Source: Actinomycetota bacterium (GTDB lineage: Bacteria; Actinomycetota; Actinomycetes; S36-B12; CAIYMF01). Taken from it: a stretch of DNA of 64,000 bases. The notes beneath the pieces are model-generated. The model did not search any database. It had not been told where the DNA came from and was given only the letters and a program-made list of their open reading frames with translations. Of this stretch, positions 45,276 through 55,272 are shown piece by piece. The number at the start of each line of letters is the position of its first letter. The stretch's first letter is position 1. The position numbers and the translations under genes were made by a program. The stretch is taken from positions 16,057 to 80,056 of the forward strand of contig JAPLAU010000029.1 of NCBI GenBank assembly GCA_026393115.1, read 5' to 3'.

Positions 45276-45450
45276 CGCGTAACCCCTATCTGCAAGCGAA
45301 CTTGCTGATGACTTCACGCTACGCCCGAGAAGACCCACCGGGTGTTCGCAGTGTGCGCCAAAAGAGTTCATCGCATGAAAGGCCACACCTCACAGCGACT
45401 GCCCGGCGCTTCGCGAGCCACATGGGGCATGCCCAATGTTGACGCAAATT

Positions 45451-46818
45451 CTATGAATCCGCCCGAGGCAGGGTGACGGTAAATGTGCTCCCATGAATCC
45501 CGTCGGATGTTGCCACAACGCGTCCCCCATGAGCGGTCACCAACTCACGTACTACCGCAAGCCCGATACCTGAGCCGGCGGAGTCGACATCGGCCCGCCC
45601 CCGCCACAGCCGATCAAACACTGAGTCCAGATTCTCCGGAGCAATTCCCGGCCCTGTATCGGCAACGGTCAACATCGCGGAATCATCCGTCTCACACACC
45701 GTCACAGTCACGCTGTCACCCACCCGACAATGCCGAGCCGTATTCGCGAGGAGATTCCCAACGACCTGATGCAAACGATCGCCATCACCCCACACCATCA
45801 CCCCGTTGTCACACGCTGTCGTGACGTTCAACCCTGCCGCCGCAAGGCTCGGCATCGCGGCGCCGAGCGCATCAGCGGCCAGTTCACTGAGATCAAGCAG
45901 TTCGGGACGAATCGTGAGTGTGAACGCCTCCGCTTCCGACAACTCCGAGAGGTCACCCACTACACGTCCCATGCGCACACTCTGATCGTGCAGTGCAGCT
46001 AGTCGCGCCGAATCTGCCTCGACATATCCATCGCGCAATTCCTCAAGGCCTGCTTGCAGGATTGCGAGCGGCGTGCGCAATTCATGCGCGAGATCGGCGG
46101 CCATTCGACGACGGGTCAATTCCGAACGTTCCACGGCGTCGGCAGAGGCGTCGAACGCACGCGCAAGGTCACCTAACTCACCGGGTGCGGCAGCAGCGTC
46201 AATGGCTGCCCGGGCCGATCGATCGCCCGCTGCAAAGGCTCGTGCGGCAGCCGAGATCTGCACAAGTGGCGTGGTCAGTCTTCGCGTGACGTACCACGAG
46301 ACCGCGAGTGCGGCGAGAAGTGCGGCGACTGCCGCTACCAGAATCCATGTCCATGCAATCTGTTGCGCCTGACCCGACGATCCTGCTCCGAACGCAAGAC
46401 GGACCGTTCCAACCGTTGTCCCGTTCACGACTACGGGCGTCTCGGTCGAGGCCGCACTATTACCCATCCCCATGCCCATGCCCATGCCATTAGTCGTTGA
46501 GCCATTGGGGGAGAGAACAACCGTCCCTTGTGCGTCACGCACGATAAGTCGCGCACCGGCTTGGACTGCGGCCGCGTCGGCGGCTGCGAGGTCAGCGCCA
46601 GCCCAACCGCCTTGCTGCGCATAAGCCTGAGCCGCCGCTGACGCCACCGCAGTTGATGCCGCTGCACGATCAGCTTGCTGACCGGCCGAGAGCCCCCGTG
46701 ACGTTCCGATCAAAGCAGCTACGGTCAACACCGCCACAGAGGTGAAGGCCACCACCATGAAGGCGAACAGAATTCGGTTACCAAGGGGGCCGAATCCACG
46801 TCGACTGTCACTGGTCAC
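45451..46818 (-). CDS. sensor histidine kinase with a (GM)4 motif in the extracytoplasmic loop
   Basis: Two TM helices flank a loop containing NGMGMGMGMGNS. H-box AHELRTPL. HATPase motifs DTGPGI and GSGIGLAVV. I prefer the GTG at 46818, which overlaps the response regulator stop region. Confidence 0.85.
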   Translation of the reverse strand: MTSDSRRGFGPLGNRILFAFMVVAFTSVAVLTVAALIGTSRGLSAGQQADRAAASTAVASAAAQAYAQQGGWAGADLAAADAAAVQAGARLIVRDAQGTVVLSPNGSTTNGMGMGMGMGNSAASTETPVVVNGTTVGTVRLAFGAGSSGQAQQIAWTWILVAAVAALLAALAVSWYVTRRLTTPLVQISAAARAFAAGDRSARAAIDAAAAPGELGDLARAFDASADAVERSELTRRRMAADLAHELRTPLAILQAGLEELRDGYVEADSARLAALHDQSVRMGRVVGDLSELSEAEAFTLTIRPELLDLSELAADALGAAMPSLAAAGLNVTTACDNGVMVWGDGDRLHQVVGNLLANTARHCRVGDSVTVTVCETDDSAMLTVADTGPGIAPENLDSVFDRLWRGRADVDSAGSGIGLAVVRELVTAHGGRVVATSDGIHGSTFTVTLPRADS

Positions 46819-47491
46819 GAGACAACCCCAGTCGGTACCCCACGCCGAGAACGGTTTCGACGACTTCTGCACCATCCAGCCCGAGCTTGTGGCGCAGGTT
46901 TTTCACGTGGGAGTCGACGGTGCGTTCGTAGCCCGCGAACTCATAGCCGCGCACCCGGTTCACCAGTTCACTTCGTGAAAATACGCGACCAGGCGTCCCC
47001 GCCACGGTCGTGAGCAAACCCCATTCGGTGGGCGTCAGGTCAAGCTCCACGGAATCAAACTCAGCACGGTGCCGCGCGGTATCGATGACCAGCCGTCCGT
47101 GTCCGAAAGTTGCCGCTTGATCTGAGGACGTGCGTGACGCACGACCGAGAACCGCAGCAACGCGCAGCACCACTTCCTGAGGACTGAATGGCTTCGTCAC
47201 GTAGTCATCGGCGCCGCGTTCCAATCCGCGAATTCGATCTTCCACAGAACTGCGCGCGGTCAACGCAATGACAGGCACACCAATGCGAGTGGCTTCCTGC
47301 AGCACATCCAGACCGTCAATGTCAGGAAGCCCAAGGTCCAGCAGCAGTAGATCTGGCGCGCCGTCAGAGAGGAGCCGTAATCCCTCTGCCCCGGTTGCCG
47401 CCGTGAGAACCGAGTATCCCTCGCGCTCAAGGTAGCGACGCACGATGTCGCGAATATCGCGCTCGTCTTCCACCACCAGAACTGTCGCCAT
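46808..47491 (-). CDS. OmpR/PhoB-family response regulator
   Basis: MATVLVVEDERDIRDIV.., LLLLDLGLPDIDG, and a winged-helix C-terminus (..VDSHVKNLRHKL..GVGYRL). Confidence 0.9.
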   Translation of the reverse strand: MATVLVVEDERDIRDIVRRYLEREGYSVLTAATGAEGLRLLSDGAPDLLLLDLGLPDIDGLDVLQEATRIGVPVIALTARSSVEDRIRGLERGADDYVTKPFSPQEVVLRVAAVLGRASRTSSDQAATFGHGRLVIDTARHRAEFDSVELDLTPTEWGLLTTVAGTPGRVFSRSELVNRVRGYEFAGYERTVDSHVKNLRHKLGLDGAEVVETVLGVGYRLGLSRDQ

Positions 47492-47663
47492 AACTCCATT
47501 GTGCTCCGCGCGGCACGCCTTCGGGTTCTCACAGCAACCTCAGCGACGAATCTCCACACGATCTCCACACCGAGCGCACGGCACCTCCTCACCGAGGTCC
47601 GAGAGTGAAGGTGAAGTAACAGCCACACGCCGGCCCCCGCCGGCACTGACTCAGGAGGACACC

Positions 47664-48757
<1,094 letters not shown>

Positions 48758-48802
48758 AAGCCCACTCCTGAATACTCCGACTCACAACGCGAGGACCGAT
48801 CT

Positions 48803-50188
48803 GTGTTTTTCTCTCAGCACTACCTCGACTGCCTTTCGCACGCCTCCTACCTCGTTGGCGACACGTCAACCGGGCAAGCGGTCGTGATCGACCCCCAGCG
48901 TGACGTCGACGAATACTTGAGGGAAGCCGCCGAGAACGGTCTGACGATCGTGGGTGTGATCAATACGCACTTTCACGCCGACTTCCTCGCCGGTCATCTT
49001 GAAATGGCCGCAGCGACAGGTGCCTGGATCGGTTACGGCGACGTCGCGCAAACCGAATACGAAAGTCGTGCACTCGCCGATGGTGAGCGCATCGTGCTCG
49101 GCGACGCGGTGCTAGAAATCATTACGACTCCTGGCCACACTCCCGAATCAATCAGCGTGATGGTATTCGAGCACGCAGACGACGATGTTGCATACGGCGT
49201 ACTTACCGGCGATGCACTGTTTATTGGTGATGTTGGTCGCCCTGATCTGCTCGCCTCGATTGGCTTCACCGCCGATCAACTTGGACGCATGCTTTTCGAC
49301 TCCATCCAACGCAAGTTGATGGGACTGCCCGACGCAGTGCGGGTCTTTCCCGCTCACGGCGCCGGTTCGGCCTGCGGCAAGAATCTCTCCACTGAGAAGC
49401 AATCCACCATCGGTGAACAACGTGCCTTTAACTACGCCTGCCAGCCCATGAGCGAAGGCGAGTTCCTCGCTGTTGTCACCGCCGGTCAGCCCGCAGCACC
49501 CGAGTACTTCGTCTATGACGCGATTCTCAATCGCAAGAACCGCGATGTTCTCGACTCCGAGCGCACTCTCACTGCTCTCGACACCGATGCCGTGCGCGCC
49601 CTTCTCTCAGATGGCGCCGTCGTCATCGACACTCGCGAGAATCTTGAGTTCGCCGCCGGTCACCTGGTGGGTGCCATCAACATTCCCGCAGACGGGCGCT
49701 TCGCAGAGACGGCCGGAATGGTTCTCGCGCCTACCGACCGCGTCGTGATCATCGCCGCAACTGGCGGTGAAGATGAGGTCGCCACTCGCCTGTCGCGCAT
49801 TGGCTTTGACGAAGTTGCCGGATACGTCGCCGACGCCGAGCGCACAATGATGGAGTTGCCCAACTCCGTCACGCAGGCAAGTCGTCTGACTCCCGCAGCC
49901 TTGGCGGAACTGATGCAATCCAACGGCGCACCGTGGGTTGTCGACGTACGCAACGTCGGCGAACTTGAGGCTGGCATGATTCCGGGCGCTGCGAACATCC
50001 CACTCGCCGAACTGGCACGCCGCATCGAAGAGGTCCCCACCGATCGCCCAGTTGTCGCCTACTGCCAGGGCGGATGGCGCTCAAGTGTCGCGTCGAGTTT
50101 CCTTCGCCACCGCGGCCTCACCGACACGTCCGACCTCACAGGCGGTTTCGCGGCCTGGGAAGTCATGCACGAACCCGTCTCCTCCTGA
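48803..50188 (+). CDS. persulfide dioxygenase (MBL fold) fused to two rhodanese domains (CstB-like)
   Basis: HFHADFLAGH metal motif, ..TPGHTPES.. and a C-terminal rhodanese with active-site loop AYCQGGWRS. Confidence 0.8.
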   Translation: MFFSQHYLDCLSHASYLVGDTSTGQAVVIDPQRDVDEYLREAAENGLTIVGVINTHFHADFLAGHLEMAAATGAWIGYGDVAQTEYESRALADGERIVLGDAVLEIITTPGHTPESISVMVFEHADDDVAYGVLTGDALFIGDVGRPDLLASIGFTADQLGRMLFDSIQRKLMGLPDAVRVFPAHGAGSACGKNLSTEKQSTIGEQRAFNYACQPMSEGEFLAVVTAGQPAAPEYFVYDAILNRKNRDVLDSERTLTALDTDAVRALLSDGAVVIDTRENLEFAAGHLVGAINIPADGRFAETAGMVLAPTDRVVIIAATGGEDEVATRLSRIGFDEVAGYVADAERTMMELPNSVTQASRLTPAALAELMQSNGAPWVVDVRNVGELEAGMIPGAANIPLAELARRIEEVPTDRPVVAYCQGGWRSSVASSFLRHRGLTDTSDLTGGFAAWEVMHEPVSS

Positions 50189-50222
50189 TCTACCTTCACC
50201 ACCCGACTACAAGGAGCACACC

Positions 50223-50690
50223 GTGTTCGCCCTCCAGACCCGCGGCCTGACCCGCACAGCCGCTATCGCGTTGGCCGCGCTAGCCGTCATTGGCGGCGCG
50301 ACAGCCTGTTCATCAGGCACTACGTCGTCCAGCGCCACAGGTGCTGCAACGGCAGCTGCGGCTAGCGGCTCCCACGTCTCCGCAGCTGATTTTCAAGCCG
50401 CGATTTCCAAGCCCGGCGTCACTGTGATTGACGTGCGTAGTCCGGCCGAGTTTGCTTCCGGACACATTGAGGGTGCCAAGAACATCAACATTGAGGGCGC
50501 TGACTTCGCCACCCAGATTCTCGCGCTCGACAAGGCCGGCACCTACGCCGTGTACTGCCACAGCGGCAGGCGTTCGGGCCTCGCCCTCAACGACATGGCC
50601 AACGCCGGCTTCACGAACATTTACGACCTCGACGGCGGAATTGGCTCATGGTCGAACAACGGTGGGCAACTCGTCACCGGCAGCGCCTGA
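50223..50690 (+). CDS. exported (possibly lipoprotein) single-domain rhodanese
   Basis: AAGGAG precedes the GTG at 50223. Signal peptide with GGATAC. Active-site loop YCHSGRRS. Confidence 0.75.
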   Translation: MFALQTRGLTRTAAIALAALAVIGGATACSSGTTSSSATGAATAAAASGSHVSAADFQAAISKPGVTVIDVRSPAEFASGHIEGAKNINIEGADFATQILALDKAGTYAVYCHSGRRSGLALNDMANAGFTNIYDLDGGIGSWSNNGGQLVTGSA

Positions 50691-50700
50691 TACTGATGAC

Positions 50701-51180
50701 ATGAGCGACCATGACGCGGGGAGACACGAGCAACGCACCGGCCTGCTCTTCGTGATCGGTCAGTTCGCACTTCTCGCGCTCATCATCTTCGTTCCATCGT
50801 CATCAGCGTGGTCACTCCCCGAATGGCTCGTGTGGCTACTCAACGCACTCGCAATAGCCGCGCTTGTTCTGATGGCGGTGGCGGGGCTGGGACTTGGACG
50901 CGGACTGACGGCAATGCCGATTCCGAACGAGCACGCCCAACTACGAACCGGTGGGCTATATCGATGGGTGCGCCACCCCATCTACTCCGGACTTCTCCTG
51001 TTCGCACTCTGCCGAACGCTGGTCTCCGGAAGTGCGCTCGTACTGGCATTCTTCGTACTGCTGGCGATCCTGCTGACATTCAAGGCACGCTGGGAGGAAC
51101 AGCGCTTGGGTGAGCGATTCGCGGACTACCCGGACTACGCCTCACGTACCGGTCGCTTCGTTCCACGAATCCGTTCGTAG
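50701..51180 (+). CDS. membrane methyltransferase of the ICMT/PEMT-like family
   Basis: ..LRTGGLYRWVRHPIYSGLLLFAL...ARWEEQRLGERFADY is a typical C-terminal signature. 4 TM helices. Confidence 0.7.
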   Translation: MSDHDAGRHEQRTGLLFVIGQFALLALIIFVPSSSAWSLPEWLVWLLNALAIAALVLMAVAGLGLGRGLTAMPIPNEHAQLRTGGLYRWVRHPIYSGLLLFALCRTLVSGSALVLAFFVLLAILLTFKARWEEQRLGERFADYPDYASRTGRFVPRIRS

Positions 51181-51184
51181 CCCT

Positions 51185-51796
51185 TCACACTCGCTGCAGG
51201 ACCACCCACGTGAACGACTGCACAGCGCCGGATGGCGTGACATGTTCTTCGCGTTCGTCGCGAACAGCGACGAAATGGGGTGCGAATACCTCCGCTAGTT
51301 CAGGCGCGTCGTATCGTGCCACTTCGATACCCGAGCAGTGCGTCGGGCCATCAACGGCAAACGTCGCGATGATCAGTGCGCCGCCGATGGCAACCGAGTC
51401 CGCGGCCAATTCGACATAGCGTTCACGCAAGTTCGTCTCGTTCAAGAAGTGAAATGCGGCCCGATCATGCCACACGTCAAACGTGCGTGCCGGGCGCCAC
51501 GTCGTTACGTCCGAGGCAACGAGCGCCGCCGATACTCCGCGTGCGGCCAGCCGCTCGCCGACCACATCGAGTGCGCGTTGCGAGAGATCAACGACCGTGA
51601 GATCGGTGAAGCCACGAGCAGCGAGCGCGTCAACGAGGAATGATGCGCCGCCACCGACGTCGACGACCGAAGCTGACGAGTCGGCGACCGACTCGATCAG
51701 CCGCAATGAGACCGACGGTTCTTCTTGAAACCAACTGACCTCACGAGTGTCTCGGGTTTGGTAAATCCCCTGCCAGTGCTCTTCGCGTGCGCTCAC
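51185..51796 (-). CDS. class I SAM-dependent methyltransferase
   Basis: VVDVGGGASFLVDAL (motif I). The GTG at 51796 overlaps the TauE stop (GTGA). The ORF-track 321-aa version is over-extended. Confidence 0.75.
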   Translation of the reverse strand: MSAREEHWQGIYQTRDTREVSWFQEEPSVSLRLIESVADSSASVVDVGGGASFLVDALAARGFTDLTVVDLSQRALDVVGERLAARGVSAALVASDVTTWRPARTFDVWHDRAAFHFLNETNLRERYVELAADSVAIGGALIIATFAVDGPTHCSGIEVARYDAPELAEVFAPHFVAVRDEREEHVTPSGAVQSFTWVVLQRV

Positions 51797-52623
51797 GACG
51801 TCACAACCTTTCCGAGTGTGTAGATGGCCACGACGACCATGAGCGTGCCAAATGCGGCAGAGAGCAGCCACGTGGGGATCCGGGGTGACAGCATCGCCCC
51901 AACGGTTGAGAAGGCCGCGGTCGCCACAGCAAGCGTGACTGTCATCGTCGCCGGCCCCATGTGTTCGTGACGAGCAACAAGTGCGACTGCCGAGTTGATC
52001 ACGATCACCACGAGTGCTGTAGCTGTGGCGCGACGAACCGGCACGTGCATCGCGGCCGTGAGCGCCGGCACGACCACAAAGCCTGCCCCAACACCGAAGA
52101 CTCCGGTCACCAACCCGACTGCGGTAGCCAAAACGATCGTCTTCGGCCACGAAATCTTCACCGGTTCAGGAGCGCGCGACGCATCGAGCACGCTGACACC
52201 TGGAGTGACGATTCCCGCCACAGTTTCGGTACCGGCCATCGCATCAACATGGCGCTTCCAGGCTCGGTAGGCACCGCGCAGCATCAGCCACGCGCCAATA
52301 GCCAACAGCACGACAAGCCCAGCAAGAAGGACCGATGCCGACAGCATCGGAGCGATCCGTGAACCGACCACTGCCCCCACTGCGCCTAATGCCCCGAAGA
52401 TCAGCCCGATTCGCCAATCGACTCGTCCGGCGCGATGGTGCGGAACAAGTGCGGCTGAGGCGCCGACCCCGACGATGACCAGCGACATGGTTGAAGCGAC
52501 CAGAACAGGCTCACCGAGCGCGACAAGCATCGGAACGGCAAGAATGCCGCCGCCTCCGCCGAGCAGTCCGAGCACAAGCCCCAGCACGGCGCCGGCGAGG
52601 AGAACGAGAACGGGATCTGTCAT
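51793..52623 (-). CDS. TauE/SafE family sulfite/organosulfonate exporter
   Basis: LGLLGGGGGILAVPMLV motif. 8 TM helices. Confidence 0.8.
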   Translation of the reverse strand: MTDPVLVLLAGAVLGLVLGLLGGGGGILAVPMLVALGEPVLVASTMSLVIVGVGASAALVPHHRAGRVDWRIGLIFGALGAVGAVVGSRIAPMLSASVLLAGLVVLLAIGAWLMLRGAYRAWKRHVDAMAGTETVAGIVTPGVSVLDASRAPEPVKISWPKTIVLATAVGLVTGVFGVGAGFVVVPALTAAMHVPVRRATATALVVIVINSAVALVARHEHMGPATMTVTLAVATAAFSTVGAMLSPRIPTWLLSAAFGTLMVVVAIYTLGKVVTS

Positions 52624-52629
52624 GGAGTG

Positions 52630-52983
52630 CTAGACGACCGCGCCTTGGTTTCCGTGCATGTCGACCAGTGTCTCGCCCGCGTCAACCCACGCCTGCATTC
52701 CGCCGGCGAGGTTGAACGCCTCATATCCGTGAGCGAGCAATACCTCGGTGCCCACCCGCGAACGATTACCACTGTGACAGGTAACCACGACGCGAGTGCC
52801 GGCCGGAATGGAGGCCCGAGCGTCGCTGATCCAGGCCAGTGGCAGGAAGACCGCATCGGGTGAGTGTCCAGCCTCCCACTCGTGGGGCTCGCGAATGTCG
52901 AGCAGGACGGCACCTTCGCTCACCATCTGCCGCGCCGTGGCAACGTCGACGTCGACGACCACATGGGTGTTGTTCGTACTCAA
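52630..52983 (-). CDS. single-domain rhodanese sulfurtransferase
   Basis: LLDIREPHEWEAGH and active-site loop TCHSGNRS. Confidence 0.8.
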   Translation of the reverse strand: MSTNNTHVVVDVDVATARQMVSEGAVLLDIREPHEWEAGHSPDAVFLPLAWISDARASIPAGTRVVVTCHSGNRSRVGTEVLLAHGYEAFNLAGGMQAWVDAGETLVDMHGNQGAVV

Positions 52984-53043
52984 TTGAATCCTCCGAAGAC
53001 TCGACCCTCGACGAACGAAGGGGCTGAGCCGTCAACAGCTGGG

Positions 53044-53160
53044 TCAGCGGCAGGTACAGCGACGTTCGACGGGAATCGAAACCATCACCTGATCGACGTG
53101 TTCACCGCACCCTGACCACGTGATCTTGCCACACTGATTGCACATTGCCGGACTACACAT
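53044..53160 (-). CDS. unlisted small Cys-rich protein (38 aa), paralog of 55089..55262
   Basis: Manual translation gives MCSPAMCNQCGKITWSGCGEHVDQVMVSIPVERRCTCR*. GGAGG lies 6 nt upstream of the ATG at 53160. It is the first gene after operator 2. Confidence 0.65.
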   Translation of the reverse strand: MCSPAMCNQCGKITWSGCGEHVDQVMVSIPVERRCTCR

Positions 53161-53195
53161 GGAAACCTCCGATGGTGTGAATAACTCCCATAAGT

Positions 53196-53211
53196 ATACC
53201 CCCGGGGGTAT
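53196..53211. promoter_or_regulatory. CsoR/CstR-type operator palindrome 2 in a divergent promoter region
   Basis: ATACCCCCGGGGGTAT, identical to operator 1. It lies 36 nt from the sORF ATG (minus strand) and 40 nt from the PIG-L gene start (plus strand). Confidence 0.7.
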
Positions 53212-53250
53212 ACCCTGAGTCAAGGTGAGTCACGAACGAAAGGCGCGAGA

Positions 53251-53946
53251 GTGAGCAAGAGCACGATCGACCACACCCCGGCCTCCGCACTTGGCCTGTC
53301 ATCGGTCCTCGCGGTCATCGCGCATCCCGACGATGAGTCCTTCGGGCTAGGAGCAGTCATAAGCACGCTCATCGAATCCGGTGTGCGCGTGAACGTGCTC
53401 TGCTACACACGCGGAGCCGCATCTACTCTGCGCGGCACGAGTGACGACCTCGCCACTGAAAGAACTTCGGAACTTGCCGACGCCGCAAAAGTGCTGGGCA
53501 TCGATCATGTCGAGTTACTGGACTACCCAGACGGCGCCCTCGGTTCGCTAGCTCACGACGAACTCGTGGAACATGCTCGAACAACCGCGCTAACAGTCTC
53601 GGCCGACGTACTCCTCGTGTTTGACGAAGGAGGAGTCACAGGACATCCCGATCACGTCGCGGCGACGTCGGCGGGAGTCACAGCCGCAACTGCACTGGGA
53701 TTAGGAGCGCTTGCGTGGTGCCTGCCGGTCGAGGTTGCCGATACCTTGCGCGGGCAATACGGCGCTGCCTTCGTCGGTCGCCCACCTGAACTCCTTGACG
53801 TACGGCTCACAGTCGACCGATCCCTACAGCGTCAGGCAGCCGCGTGCCATCCGAGCCAAGCCGTTCCAGACAGTCCGCTTTGGCGACGACTTGAATTACT
53901 CGGGGACGACGAGTGGCTACGCTGGCTTAGGCGGCCTGACTACTAG
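53251..53946 (+). CDS. PIG-L/LmbE family deacetylase (MshB/Mca-like)
   Basis: VLAVIAHPDDESFGLG and ..GHPDH.. motifs. Confidence 0.75.
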   Translation: MSKSTIDHTPASALGLSSVLAVIAHPDDESFGLGAVISTLIESGVRVNVLCYTRGAASTLRGTSDDLATERTSELADAAKVLGIDHVELLDYPDGALGSLAHDELVEHARTTALTVSADVLLVFDEGGVTGHPDHVAATSAGVTAATALGLGALAWCLPVEVADTLRGQYGAAFVGRPPELLDVRLTVDRSLQRQAAACHPSQAVPDSPLWRRLELLGDDEWLRWLRRPDY

Positions 53947-53963
53947 AACCCTGCGGAGGAACG

Positions 53964-55016
53964 ATGTCGACTGCGCACGCGCCGCCGGCACCCCCTCAAC
54001 ACATGCATCCCGCGTGGTACGGCGCGGTGATGAGTACCGGAGTACTCGCCCTGTGTCTGGATGCGCAGGCAAGCCAATGGTCGTGGATGTGGTTGAGTCG
54101 CATCGCCGCCGGATTGCTCATCGCCGCAACAGTTCTCGGCGTCGCACTCCTTCCTCGCTATGTGAGGCGGCTGAAGTCACGCGGCGATCTCGCCGAGGAA
54201 ATGGGCGACGTCGGTCGAGGTCCGATGCTGGCCACACTGCCCGCCGGTCTCCTTATCCTCGCCGATGGGTGGGGACGGCTTGGCCCCGAGTTCATTCCGA
54301 CAACGGCGGCCCTCTGGATCTCCGCACTGCTGCTGGTTCTCGGCACAGTCATCGCACTTGTTGTCGCACTCGCGTGGACCACCGCGCTCACACGAACGAA
54401 CCACAGGCTTGAAGATGTCAATGGTGGGTGGCTCATTCCGCCCGTGATGAATGCGCTGGTACCTGTTGCTCTTTCGGCGTTGATTGTCGCAAATCCTTCA
54501 CTCGCACCACTCTTGGTGTACGTCGGCGCCGCATTCCTTGGCGTTGGCATCGTGCTCTTTCTGGCGTTGTTCGCCCTACTTATGTCACGCCTGACACTTC
54601 GCGGCCCCACCCCTGCATCGCTCGCACCGTCACTCTGGATTCCACTGGCGCCGGCCGGAATTCTCGGCCTGGCAGCGATGCGCTTGACCCAGTCAGCACA
54701 ACAAGCCGCCGTCACCGGATTTGATGGCGTGACGGCGGCCTGCATGATGGCCGCGCTAGGAATCGGTTTTGGCCTGTGGTGGACCGCGTTTGCCGCGCTC
54801 GAGATGCGCCGCATTTCCACGGGTGGAGTTACTGCCGCCAATCCCGGTTGGTGGGCATTCGTTTTTCCTGCCGGCGCAATGGCCCTGTCACTTTCGACGT
54901 TGGGCGCGCTCACTGACATCACAGCGATCTGCGTGGCGGGGCTGATCGCGACCGCCGGTCTGACGATCGTGTGGATGCGAGTGGCGTACGCAACCCTGCG
55001 ACCACAACGCCACTGA
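53964..55016 (+). CDS. TDT (TehA/Mae1/SSU1) family anion exporter
   Basis: HPAWYGAVMSTGVLAL start motif. 10 TM helices, 350 aa. Confidence 0.7.
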   Translation: MSTAHAPPAPPQHMHPAWYGAVMSTGVLALCLDAQASQWSWMWLSRIAAGLLIAATVLGVALLPRYVRRLKSRGDLAEEMGDVGRGPMLATLPAGLLILADGWGRLGPEFIPTTAALWISALLLVLGTVIALVVALAWTTALTRTNHRLEDVNGGWLIPPVMNALVPVALSALIVANPSLAPLLVYVGAAFLGVGIVLFLALFALLMSRLTLRGPTPASLAPSLWIPLAPAGILGLAAMRLTQSAQQAAVTGFDGVTAACMMAALGIGFGLWWTAFAALEMRRISTGGVTAANPGWWAFVFPAGAMALSLSTLGALTDITAICVAGLIATAGLTIVWMRVAYATLRPQRH

Positions 55017-55039
55017 TCAGCGAGCCGGCGTCTGTCACG

Positions 55040-55055
55040 ATACCCCGGGGGGTAT
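55040..55055. promoter_or_regulatory. CsoR/CstR-type operator palindrome 3 (C4G6 variant)
   Basis: ATACCCCGGGGGGTAT, 33 nt upstream of the second sORF. Confidence 0.6.
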
Positions 55056-55088
55056 AGTGACAGATAACGTCAACGAGAGGAACTCACC

Positions 55089-55262
55089 GTGTGCCGACAG
55101 GTTCAGTGCCGTCGATGTGGCAAACCCGGCTGGGCCGGATGTGGCCAGCACGTCAACCAGGTCATGGCAGGAGTTCCGAAGTCCAAGCGCTGCCAGTGCC
55201 CGCCGAAGGAATCGTTCATCGAGCGCCTCTTCGGTGGGCGCAAGAAGAAGACCGCGGCGTAA
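55089..55262 (+). CDS. unlisted small Cys-rich protein (57 aa) with a basic tail, paralog of 53044..53160
   Basis: Manual translation from GTG gives VCRQVQCRRCGKPGWAGCGQHVNQVMAGVPKSKRCQCPPKESFIERLFGGRKKKTAA*. GAGAGGA lies 8 nt upstream. Six Cys and one His align with the 38-aa paralog. Confidence 0.6.
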   Translation: MCRQVQCRRCGKPGWAGCGQHVNQVMAGVPKSKRCQCPPKESFIERLFGGRKKKTAA

Positions 55263-55272
55263 TCGAGTCGCG

